Assembly (NCBI GenBank): GCA_035546615.1
Contig: DASZWM010000007.1
Coordinates: 1 to 64,000 of the forward strand
DNA length: 64,000 bases
Reading direction: 5' to 3'
Source: Minisyncoccota bacterium
GTDB lineage: Bacteria > Patescibacteriota > Minisyncoccia > Phycocordibacterales > SBAW01
The notes under the pieces were generated by a model. The model made no database searches. It was given only the letters and a program-made list of their open reading frames with translations, and was not told where the DNA came from. Shown one piece after another: positions 15,611 through 23,039 of the stretch (within the stretch, counting starts at the first letter, position 1; every line of letters begins with the position of its first letter). Position numbers and translations under genes: made by a program.

Positions 15611-16582
15611 TTAGCGCAAGTGCGAGACAAGCCTCTGCCTGAGCGTTTCCACGGCCGCGTCGTCCAAAACCGAAACGACGGCCGTTTCTTTCTTGAATTC
15701 CTTGGTGAAAGACTTTCGCACCTTCTCTATATATGCCGTGTCGCGGGTGTCGGACTTGGTAAACAGCACCAGCTCGGGCTTGCCCGCAAGCGCGCCGCCT
15801 TCGAATGCGTCTATTTCCCCCCGTACCGCGCGATAGTCCGCTACCGGGTCTTCGGATTCCAGCGACACGCAATGTATGAGCAATTTTGTCCGGGCGATAT
15901 GGCGCAGGAATTTGGAGCCGAGGCCCTTTCCGCCCGACGCGCCCTCGATAAGTCCCGGGATATCCGCCAGCACGTAGCCGTAGAGCATGCCGAGGTTGGG
16001 GTCGAGCGTCGTGAACGCGTACGAGCCGACCTTGGCCGCCGCGCCTGTGAGAGCATTGAGAAGCGACGATTTCCCCGCGTTGGGCAAGCCGATAAGCCCC
16101 GCGTCGGCAATGAGCCTGAGCTCGATCTTCAGCTGAGCCTCCTCGCCCGGCGCCCCCGGCGTGCTTTCCTCCGGCGTCTGGTTGACCGACGATTTGAAGA
16201 CCGCGTTCCCCGCGCCGCCGCGCCCGCCCTTGAGTATCAGGATGCGCTGGCCTTCCTCCATAAGCTCGTGCACTTCGCGCGTCTCCTTGTTCGTCACGAC
16301 CGAGCCTATCGGAAGGTCGACGACCATGTCCTTGCCGCTCTTGCCCGCCTTGTTCTGGTTTTCCCCGTCGTTGCCCGCCTCCGCTTCGAAGCGCTTCTCG
16401 CCGCGGTAGCGCGACAGCAGGTTCACGTCGCGCACGCCGCGTATGTACACGTTGCCGCCGTTGCCGCCGTTGCCGCCGGCCGCGCCTGAATATTCCTTGC
16501 CCTTGAGGTGCAGCCAGCGCACGACGCCGTCGCCCCCCTTCCCCGCGCGGGCGAGTATCGTAAGTTCATCAACGAATGCCAT
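15611..16582 (-). CDS. obg: GTPase Obg/CgtA
   Basis: Obg fold N-term (GGNGGNGGNV glycine-rich) plus G domain GLIGLPNAGKSSLLNALT ... DIPGLIEGAS ... FTKSD. Confidence 0.9.
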   Translation of the reverse strand: MAFVDELTILARAGKGGDGVVRWLHLKGKEYSGAAGGNGGNGGNVYIRGVRDVNLLSRYRGEKRFEAEAGNDGENQNKAGKSGKDMVVDLPIGSVVTNKETREVHELMEEGQRILILKGGRGGAGNAVFKSSVNQTPEESTPGAPGEEAQLKIELRLIADAGLIGLPNAGKSSLLNALTGAAAKVGSYAFTTLDPNLGMLYGYVLADIPGLIEGASGGKGLGSKFLRHIARTKLLIHCVSLESEDPVADYRAVRGEIDAFEGGALAGKPELVLFTKSDTRDTAYIEKVRKSFTKEFKKETAVVSVLDDAAVETLRQRLVSHLR

Positions 16583-16584
16583 GT

Positions 16585-16920
16585 CTAAAGTGCGGCGTTG
16601 AGCGCCCAGGCGACTATCGTGAGTATGACCGAGCCTTCAAGCGCGGGAATGAATCCGGCCACGCTGAAGCCCGGCACGAATGCCGCAAGCAGCCAGAACA
16701 TCAAGGCGTTCAGGATGAAAGAGAACAGCCCGAACGTAATGAGGTTTATAGGAAGGGTCAGGAGCCCCAGTATCGGGCGGATAGTGAGCCCCATAAGGCC
16801 CCATACTATCGCCGCGATAAGCGCGGTCGTGAAGCTCGCCACCGCGATGCCGGGGATGAAATTAGCGATAAGGAGTATGGCCGCCGCCGTTGCAAGCACC
16901 TTGAGCAGGATTTTTATCAT
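16585..16920 (-). CDS. Small 4-TM membrane protein, DUF360 / phage holin family IV-like
   Basis: 111 aa, entirely hydrophobic helices; pattern GLFSFILNALMFWLLAAFVPGFSV typical of DUF360; 3 nt after obg stop. Confidence 0.55.
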   Translation of the reverse strand: MIKILLKVLATAAAILLIANFIPGIAVASFTTALIAAIVWGLMGLTIRPILGLLTLPINLITFGLFSFILNALMFWLLAAFVPGFSVAGFIPALEGSVILTIVAWALNAAL

Positions 16921-16937
16921 ATGCCTATAGTAGTTGA

Positions 16938-17663
16938 TTACAGGTGCTCAAGCAATCGCCCGTAGCCGAGGCCTCCGAAGAGGCCGTAGCCCCATTGTAT
17001 GAGAAGCCCCATGTCGCCGAGCAGCATCAGGACCCCGATCGCTATGAGAATCGCGCCGCCTATCTTTGAAAGAACGCTCACGAACCCGCTCCAGTGCCCG
17101 AATGTCTCATGGAGCTTCTCAAGAAATATCGCCGTCAGCAGGAACGGGATGCCGAGCCCCAGCGAAAAGGCCGCGAGCAGAAGTGCTCCCACCGCCGCGG
17201 TCGAAGAGGTCGAGGCGATGAGCAGGACAGTGCCGAGAATAGGCCCGATGCACGGGCTCCAGCCCAGCGCGAACAGGGCGCCTATCAAAAACGAGCTTTG
17301 CGGATGCCCGACCGCAAGGAATTTCGGCAGTCGTATATGGTGCTCGCCGCCGAGCCCCGGTACGCGAAGAAGCCCTAGCATCGTGAGGCCGAACAATATG
17401 ATAACTGCGCCGGCGAGCCTGCCCAGAAGATCTTTCCAGGGAGCGAGAAACTCGCCGAAGAATCCGGCGAACGTGCCGAGCAGGATGAAAACGACGGAAA
17501 AGCCCAGCACGAACGCGATAGCGTTGCGCACCACGCGCCCGCGGCCTCCGGCGATGAACGCTAAATACCCGGGCACTATGGGAAGCGTGCAGGGCGCCAG
17601 GAACATCAGAACGCCCGCCAGAAATGCTGCAGGCAGGAGCACAAGCGGGTCAAGCGGCGTCAT
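16938..17663 (-). CDS. ccdA: Cytochrome c-type biogenesis / thiol-disulfide transporter CcdA (DsbD transmembrane domain family)
   Basis: Six-plus TM helices, MFLAPCTLPIVPGYLAFIAGG and WSPCIGPILG motifs (paired Cys in TM1 and TM4). Confidence 0.8.
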   Translation of the reverse strand: MTPLDPLVLLPAAFLAGVLMFLAPCTLPIVPGYLAFIAGGRGRVVRNAIAFVLGFSVVFILLGTFAGFFGEFLAPWKDLLGRLAGAVIILFGLTMLGLLRVPGLGGEHHIRLPKFLAVGHPQSSFLIGALFALGWSPCIGPILGTVLLIASTSSTAAVGALLLAAFSLGLGIPFLLTAIFLEKLHETFGHWSGFVSVLSKIGGAILIAIGVLMLLGDMGLLIQWGYGLFGGLGYGRLLEHL

Positions 17664-17687
17664 TTCGCTATTGTAGCGTATCTAAGC

Positions 17688-18173
17688 CTAATGCCTTCCC
17701 CACTCCGTCTTTATTCCCTTCCTCTGGTTGTCGGCCATGACAAGCTCGTCGTAGATGCCGTCGATAAGCTGGTAGTTCTTCGCTTCCTCCAGGCTCACCC
17801 ACGCGAATTCGTCGCACTCTTCCTTCTGGAGCGTTACCTCGCCGCTCTTGTAATCTGCCAGGCAGGAGATGACGAGCGACGGGTCCTTGCCTTCGTGCAC
17901 GGCGGCCAGGCTTGTGACGTATGCGATGTTCTCTATCTCAAGCCCCACTTCTTCCCGTACTTCGCGGCGGAGCACTTTCTCAAGCACGTTGTACCAGTAA
18001 TCGGTCGTGTCTTTCGGCAGGCTTATATAGTCGTCGGTCTCGAGCTTGCCGCCCGGCACCGTCCACATGTTGGGAAAGCGCTTCTTCTGGGCCGAGCGCT
18101 TCGTTATCAAATACTTCCCGTCCCTGATGATAATGGCGGTGATGGCGACCTCATGGAGATACTTGTTTTCCAT
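17688..18173 (-). CDS. NUDIX hydrolase (161 aa). The ORF-track entry 17688-18590 is an Arg-rich 5' over-extension
   Basis: MENKYLHEVAITAIIIRDGKYLITKRS...GGKLETDD...REVREEVGLEIE Nudix box; ATG at 18173 verified in sequence. Confidence 0.75.
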   Translation of the reverse strand: MENKYLHEVAITAIIIRDGKYLITKRSAQKKRFPNMWTVPGGKLETDDYISLPKDTTDYWYNVLEKVLRREVREEVGLEIENIAYVTSLAAVHEGKDPSLVISCLADYKSGEVTLQKEECDEFAWVSLEEAKNYQLIDGIYDELVMADNQRKGIKTEWGRH

Positions 18174-18592
18174 GCTGTTAATACTACAATACAAACGCTG
18201 TTTGAGCCGCTTGTCCTCATAAGACACCGGCGAAAGGACGGTCAGGTGCCGGCCCCGCGCACATGTGTGCGCCCTCGGCAAGTATCTGAAGTAGCGGAGT
18301 TTTCGGGAGGTTTTTGAGGCTTCACTGAAAAATCTCTCCCTGGGTCTCATCTGGGATACAAAATGAGCGCGGACTTGTTGACCTGCGATAGTGGTCGAGA
18401 TAAGACCCCGGATAGGTGGACCGGCTCCCGACCTCGAGGCGGAACAACTCGTTAAAAAGCCTTTCGGGACTGTGCATGGCAGTATATCCCGTAAAGACTG
18501 CCTAGGGTGTAAGCGGGACCACCGACCAAAGAAAAGCCCGCGACGTATCCAAGAAAAGAGATATAGCTTGAGGCTCGAATGCCTCCACACTG

Positions 18593-18622
18593 CCCGGCCT
18601 CATGGTCGGGTATTTTTTATTT
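18593..18622 (+). terminator. Plus-strand intrinsic terminator-like hairpin CCCGGCC-TCAT-GGTCGGG followed by TATTTTTTATTT; overlaps the secA stop codon
   Basis: Stem/loop/T-run read from sequence. Both flanking genes are minus-strand, so it implies a plus-strand transcript (candidate ncRNA 18360-18620), or it is a fortuitous structure. Confidence 0.4.
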
Positions 18623-21115
18623 CTTCGCTGCCATCAAGCGCTGATGTTCTTCCGTGTTCTTCATGCCGCAGTTCTTCCACTTCTTGCCTGAGCCGCAGGG
18701 GCATAGGTCATTGCGCCCGATGCCCTCCTCCGCGGCCATGGCCGCAAGATTAATGGTGGGCGTGGCCGCGGTCGGTGTTGCGGCGAGCGAAGAAGAATTC
18801 TGCGCGGCCTGCGGGGTCACCTTTTCGAGCATCTCGAACACCTGGTTCTTGAGCACCATTTCCATCTCCTTGTACATCTGGGTGCCTTCCCTGCGGTATT
18901 CGACAAGCGGGTCGCGCTGGCCGTAGGCGCGCAGGTTCACGGAGCCGCGCAGGTATTCCATGCTCTCCAAGTGCTCTACCCATAGCATGTCGAGCGTCTG
19001 AAGCACGATGTTGCGCGCGCTGGTAAGCAGCGCTTCGCGGCCGAGCTCCTCTTCTTTCTTCTTCAAAAGCTCCTGCGCTTCCGGGCTTCCCTCGGACAGC
19101 TCCGCAAGCACCGCGGCGACCTCCTCCGGCGTGCCTACGAGCACCGCGCGGCGCTTCTGGTATACGGCGCGGCGCTGGCGGTCGAGCACGTTGTCGAACT
19201 CAAGCACGTGCTTGCGGGCGTCGAAGTTGAATCCTTCTATCTTGGTCTGCGCGCTCTCAAGAGCGCGTGACACGAGCCTGTTCTGTATGGGCTCGTCCTC
19301 GGGAATGCCGAAGCGGCCCATCATCGTCTTGATGGTATCGGAGGCGAAAACGCGCATAAGGGTGTCCTCGAGCGACACGAGGAACTGCGTCTCGCCCGGG
19401 TCGCCCTGGCGGCCGGAGCGGCCGCGCAGCTGGTTGTCGATGCGGCGCGCCTCGTGGCGCTCGGTACCCACGACAAAGAGCCCGCCGAGCGAGCGCACTT
19501 CGTCGGCCTCTTCGGGGCTGGCCATGGCGCCGCCCAACTTGATGTCGACGCCGCGGCCCGCCATGTTGGTGGCGACGGTAACGCGGCCCTTCTTGCCGGC
19601 TTCGGCGACTATCTCGCCTTCGCGCTCGTGGTTCTTGGCGTTGAGTACTTCGTGCGGAATGCCTTCGCGCTTGAGGTACGCCGACAGAAGCTCGTTCTTT
19701 TCTATTGATACGGTGCCCACCAGGACCGGCTGGCCCTTTTCGTGCATGAGCTTTATCTGCTTGGAGAGCGCGCTGAACTTGCCGTTCTCGGTCTGAAAGA
19801 TGAGGTCGTTGTGGTCTTTGCGCACGACCGGCTGGTTGGTCGGCACTTCGGCGACCTCAAGGCCGTATACCTTATAGAATTCCTCGCTCGACGTGGCGGC
19901 GGTGCCGGTCATGCCCGCGAGCTTCCCGTACAGCTTGAAATAGTTCTGATAGGTTATCGAGGCGAACGTGCGCGATTCCTTCTGCACGACCACTCCTTCC
20001 TTGGCCTCTATGGCCTGGTGCAGGCCCTCGCTCCAGCGGCGGCCCGGCTGCATGCGGCCGGTCGACTCGTCTACGATGATGACCTCGCCGTCCTTCACGA
20101 CATACGCGATATCACGCTTGTAGAGGGCGCGTGCGCGCACGGCGGTCTCCAGGTGATGCACGTACTTGATGCCCTTTTCGGTGTAGAGGTCGTCGATGCC
20201 CAGGAGCTTCTCCGCATGGGTGATGCCTTCGTCCGTCATCTGTATCGCCTTGCGCTTCTCGTCCACGGTGTAGTCGGTCTCCGGAGAAAGCGCCGCGGAG
20301 ATGCGCGCGAAGGTGCGGTACAGGTCCTCCGAATCCGCGCCGGGGGCGGAGATGATGAGCGGCGTGCGCGCCTCGTCGATGAGGATGGAGTCAATCTCGT
20401 CCACTATCGCGAAGCTGTGGCCGCGCTGGCGCAGGTCGGACGCCTTGTACGCGATGTTGTCGCGCAGATAATCGAACCCGAATTCGGAATTGGTGCCGTA
20501 CGTGATGTCGGCGGCGTACGCCTGCGCGCGCGAGCACGGGCGCAGAAAATCATGAAAGACGCGGAAGCTCCCTTCCTGGTCGCGCATCGCGTCCTCTTCC
20601 TTCTTCACGTGCGAAGAATCGTACAGGTAGGAGGAGTCGTGATTGATGACGCCGACGGAAAGCCCGAGCGCCGCGTACACCTGGCCCATCCATACGGCGT
20701 CGCGGCGGGCGAGATAGTCGTTGACGGTGATGACATGCACGCCCTTGTTCTCAAGCGCGTTCAAGTACGCGGGCAGGGTGGCGACCAGTGTCTTGCCTTC
20801 GCCGGTCTTCATCTCGGCGATGCCGCCGCGGTGGAGCACCAGGCCGCCGATGAGCTGCACGTCGAAGTGCCGCAGCTTCATTGTGCGCTTTGCCGCCTCG
20901 CGCACGGCGGCGAACGCCTCCGGCAGGATGTCGTCCAGCGTGGCGCCGGCGGCGAGCCGGTTGCGGAAGGCATGCGTCTTTTCCCTCAGCGCCTCCGGGG
21001 AAAGCGCCTGCATATCGGCCTCCAGGCCGTTTACGGCCTCTACCGCCGCCGAAGCTCCTTTCAGGGCCTGGGCGGGGGCGGAGCCGAAGAGATTCTTGAG
21101 CGAAAACATGAGCAA
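18617..21115 (-). CDS. secA: Preprotein translocase ATPase SecA (TTG start per track at 21115; in-frame ATG at 21109 more likely)
   Basis: MFSLKNLFGS..., DEAD-like motor motifs, C-terminal zinc-binding CPCGSGKKWKNCG. Confidence 0.95.
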   Translation of the reverse strand: MLMFSLKNLFGSAPAQALKGASAAVEAVNGLEADMQALSPEALREKTHAFRNRLAAGATLDDILPEAFAAVREAAKRTMKLRHFDVQLIGGLVLHRGGIAEMKTGEGKTLVATLPAYLNALENKGVHVITVNDYLARRDAVWMGQVYAALGLSVGVINHDSSYLYDSSHVKKEEDAMRDQEGSFRVFHDFLRPCSRAQAYAADITYGTNSEFGFDYLRDNIAYKASDLRQRGHSFAIVDEIDSILIDEARTPLIISAPGADSEDLYRTFARISAALSPETDYTVDEKRKAIQMTDEGITHAEKLLGIDDLYTEKGIKYVHHLETAVRARALYKRDIAYVVKDGEVIIVDESTGRMQPGRRWSEGLHQAIEAKEGVVVQKESRTFASITYQNYFKLYGKLAGMTGTAATSSEEFYKVYGLEVAEVPTNQPVVRKDHNDLIFQTENGKFSALSKQIKLMHEKGQPVLVGTVSIEKNELLSAYLKREGIPHEVLNAKNHEREGEIVAEAGKKGRVTVATNMAGRGVDIKLGGAMASPEEADEVRSLGGLFVVGTERHEARRIDNQLRGRSGRQGDPGETQFLVSLEDTLMRVFASDTIKTMMGRFGIPEDEPIQNRLVSRALESAQTKIEGFNFDARKHVLEFDNVLDRQRRAVYQKRRAVLVGTPEEVAAVLAELSEGSPEAQELLKKKEEELGREALLTSARNIVLQTLDMLWVEHLESMEYLRGSVNLRAYGQRDPLVEYRREGTQMYKEMEMVLKNQVFEMLEKVTPQAAQNSSSLAATPTAATPTINLAAMAAEEGIGRNDLCPCGSGKKWKNCGMKNTEEHQRLMAAKK

Positions 21116-21182
21116 ATACTATACCACGAAAGGCTTCATACCGTCAGGGAGCGCTTTGCCGGGCGGCATAGGAAACGGAAAA

Positions 21183-21205
21183 GGCGTCTGCCCAGGACAG
21201 ACGCC
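21183..21205. terminator. Bidirectional intrinsic terminator: perfect hairpin aaaaGGCGTCTG-cccagga-CAGACGCCtttt
   Basis: 12-bp stem including A/T extensions, T-runs on both strands; between murB and the secA promoter region. Confidence 0.55.
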
Positions 21206-21472
21206 TTTTCCTTCGAGAGGATATTCTCGCTCTTCTACAGGAAGAAGAGCGAGTCGCGCATTATCTGCGCTTCTTTGCGGCCTTCTTTGCCTTCTTTTTC
21301 TTTGCCATAATTTTTGTGCGATACGTATCGCAAATTTAAGTGTTGCACCGATCGACCTTGTTTTTTGCGCGCTCGCGAGGGACGTCGCAAGAACAATGCT
21401 CGATGCCCTACATACCAGTATTGTTCATTGCGTATCGATGCACAATGAAAAAAAGATTTCTAGTGTGGATAA

Positions 21473-22471
21473 CTATACGATGCGAACTTCGGGTTCTATT
21501 TCAATCTTAAATGATCGCCGTATTTTTTCTTGCACAAATTCGGCGAGGGTGCGGACATCTTCAGCGGTAGCGCCGCGATCCGCGACAATAACAAGCGGCT
21601 GCCGTTCGAACAGGCGAGCTGTTCCCATGCGGTAACCGCGCAGGTTAAGCGCATGATCTAGAAGCCACGCGAGAGGCACCTTCACTTCTTTTGACTCCGG
21701 CAGATCAAACAGGGGCATTCCCGGGTGGTGCGCCTGGAGTTTAAGAGCGTCTTCCCGAGGCAAAAGCGGGTTCTTGAAGAACGAGCCGGCAGTTCCCTCT
21801 TTGCTGATGTCAGGAAACTTCGCCGCACGTATCTTGAGCACCGCGCTGCGTATCGCGGGCAGAGCCGGCTCCCTGCCGGCGAACCGCTGTGCAAGGTCTT
21901 TGTATGAAATGTTCGGCGAGGGCGCGTCCGAAAGCGCGAAAGCCGCGCGCAAAATGGCGTACCGGCCTTCGTGATGCTTGAAAATGCTCTCGCGGTAGCC
22001 GGATGCGTATTCTTCTTTGCTTATTCTCTTTACCCGCGCGTCTGTCGTATCAAACACTTCGGCCCACTGAAATGTCTGCGACAGCGCCGCGCCGTACGCG
22101 CCGATATTCTGCACGACCGCGCCGCCGACGGTTCCCGGAATGCCGGAAAGATTCTCGATGCCCCACAGCTTACTTTCCACTGCTTGCCCGACAAGCGCGT
22201 CCCAGTTCTCCCCCGCCCCGACGATGAACGCAGTCCTATCGCGCTCGACGCCTTCTATCGCGACCTGCACGACGAGCCCGTCGAAGCCCGCATCATCGAA
22301 CAGCACGTTCGAGCCGCCGCCCAATATAAAAATCTTCCGTTCCTTTTCTTTCGCGAACGCCAACGCCTTGCGCACATCCTCCACGGTCCGCGCAAGCGCG
22401 AGATACCGCGCGGGCCCGCCTATCTTAAAAGTCGTCAGCGGCGCGAGCGAGACGTTTTCCCGTATATCCAT
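21473..22471 (-). CDS. murB: UDP-N-acetylenolpyruvoylglucosamine reductase MurB
   Basis: FAD-binding PCMH domain LAPLTTFKIGGPARY...ILGGGSNVLF and MurB C-terminal domain. Confidence 0.9.
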   Translation of the reverse strand: MDIRENVSLAPLTTFKIGGPARYLALARTVEDVRKALAFAKEKERKIFILGGGSNVLFDDAGFDGLVVQVAIEGVERDRTAFIVGAGENWDALVGQAVESKLWGIENLSGIPGTVGGAVVQNIGAYGAALSQTFQWAEVFDTTDARVKRISKEEYASGYRESIFKHHEGRYAILRAAFALSDAPSPNISYKDLAQRFAGREPALPAIRSAVLKIRAAKFPDISKEGTAGSFFKNPLLPREDALKLQAHHPGMPLFDLPESKEVKVPLAWLLDHALNLRGYRMGTARLFERQPLVIVADRGATAEDVRTLAEFVQEKIRRSFKIEIEPEVRIV

Positions 22472-22591
22472 CGTCGTAAGGTGTGCTCTGTGTGGGAAGC
22501 GGATGCGAGCTCCAAAACATTGTCATGATGTGAGTGCAGACGCTCCCCACGCAAAGCGCACTCCTTGAGTATAACAGGTGTGAGAGGCTCG

Positions 22592-22740
22592 TCAGATTCA
22601 CTAGGCCGGATGGAGCGCGAGGCGTCGAGGAGCGAAAAAGTGAGGCATAGGTTGCTATGGCGAGCTTTTTCGCGACAAAGGCAACGATGCGATACGCCGG
22701 CCTAGTGAATCTGAAAACGAAAATCCCCCATTGCTGGGGG
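22592..22740. repeat. 18-bp perfect inverted repeat (tcagattcactaggccgg / ccggcctagtgaatctga) flanking 87 nt that contain a nested 9-bp IR (gcgaaaaag / ctttttcgc). Followed by hairpin CCCCCA-ttgc-TGGGGG 22725-22740 with a minus-strand T-run
   Basis: Repeats read directly; arms at 22592-22609 and 22697-22714. Confidence 0.45.
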
Positions 22741-23039
22741 CTTTCGTTGACAATGTTTCTGAAGAGCCGGCGCATCCCGGCACTCACATATAATAAGTAT
22801 AGCAAAACTCACTACTATGTCCATAAATGCGCGGGACGTCGATGAGATGCGAGGCGCAGATGAGGATCGGACTGAGCAATAGGCCGCCTATTGTGAAGGT
22901 GAGAACGTGCGGGGCACGTTCGCAAGACCTTTTGAGATAGTTTGTTCCTTTCTGAAGGGATCGAACTATCCAAAAGGTGTACTGCTCCTGTAAGGAGAAC
23001 CGGAATCCGCAACAAAGCAGATCGCGGCGTCCAGCGCGT

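Noticed and set aside
18180-18400. RNase P RNA on the minus strand (P4-like AAGUCCGCGCUC and ACAAGCGGCUCA strands)
   Set aside because: Only about 170 nt separate the putative P4 strands, and the CR-II/III motifs (GGUAAGAGCGCACC etc.) are absent; most likely coincidence.
17688-18590. 300-aa version of the NUDIX ORF
   Set aside because: The N-terminal 139 aa are Arg/Ser-rich junk running through the structured intergenic region; the conserved Nudix fold starts at MENKY (ATG 18173).
18360-18620. tmRNA or SRP RNA on the plus strand (CUCGUUAAAAAGCC and T-arm-like GAGGCUCGAAUGCCUC)
   Set aside because: No 5' GGGGGCA-type acceptor strand to pair with the 3' end, no tag-peptide reading frame ending in AA-stop, and no SRP GGAA tetraloop motif; kept only as an unidentified ncRNA candidate.
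21261-21308. 15-aa Lys-rich ORF treated as a definite gene
   Set aside because: Could arise by chance from the cttctttgc x3 repeat; reported only as a hypothesis in the findings.
19742-21310. 522-aa plus-strand ORF antisense to secA (also 45514-47187+, 26007-27062+, 52097-53161-, 23484-24509+)
   Set aside because: Antisense shadows of well-supported genes in high-GC DNA; no domain-like sequence.
22930-23010. tRNA-like motif GGGATCGAACTATCC
   Set aside because: Could not build a cloverleaf on either strand; lacks T-loop consensus and acceptor pairing.
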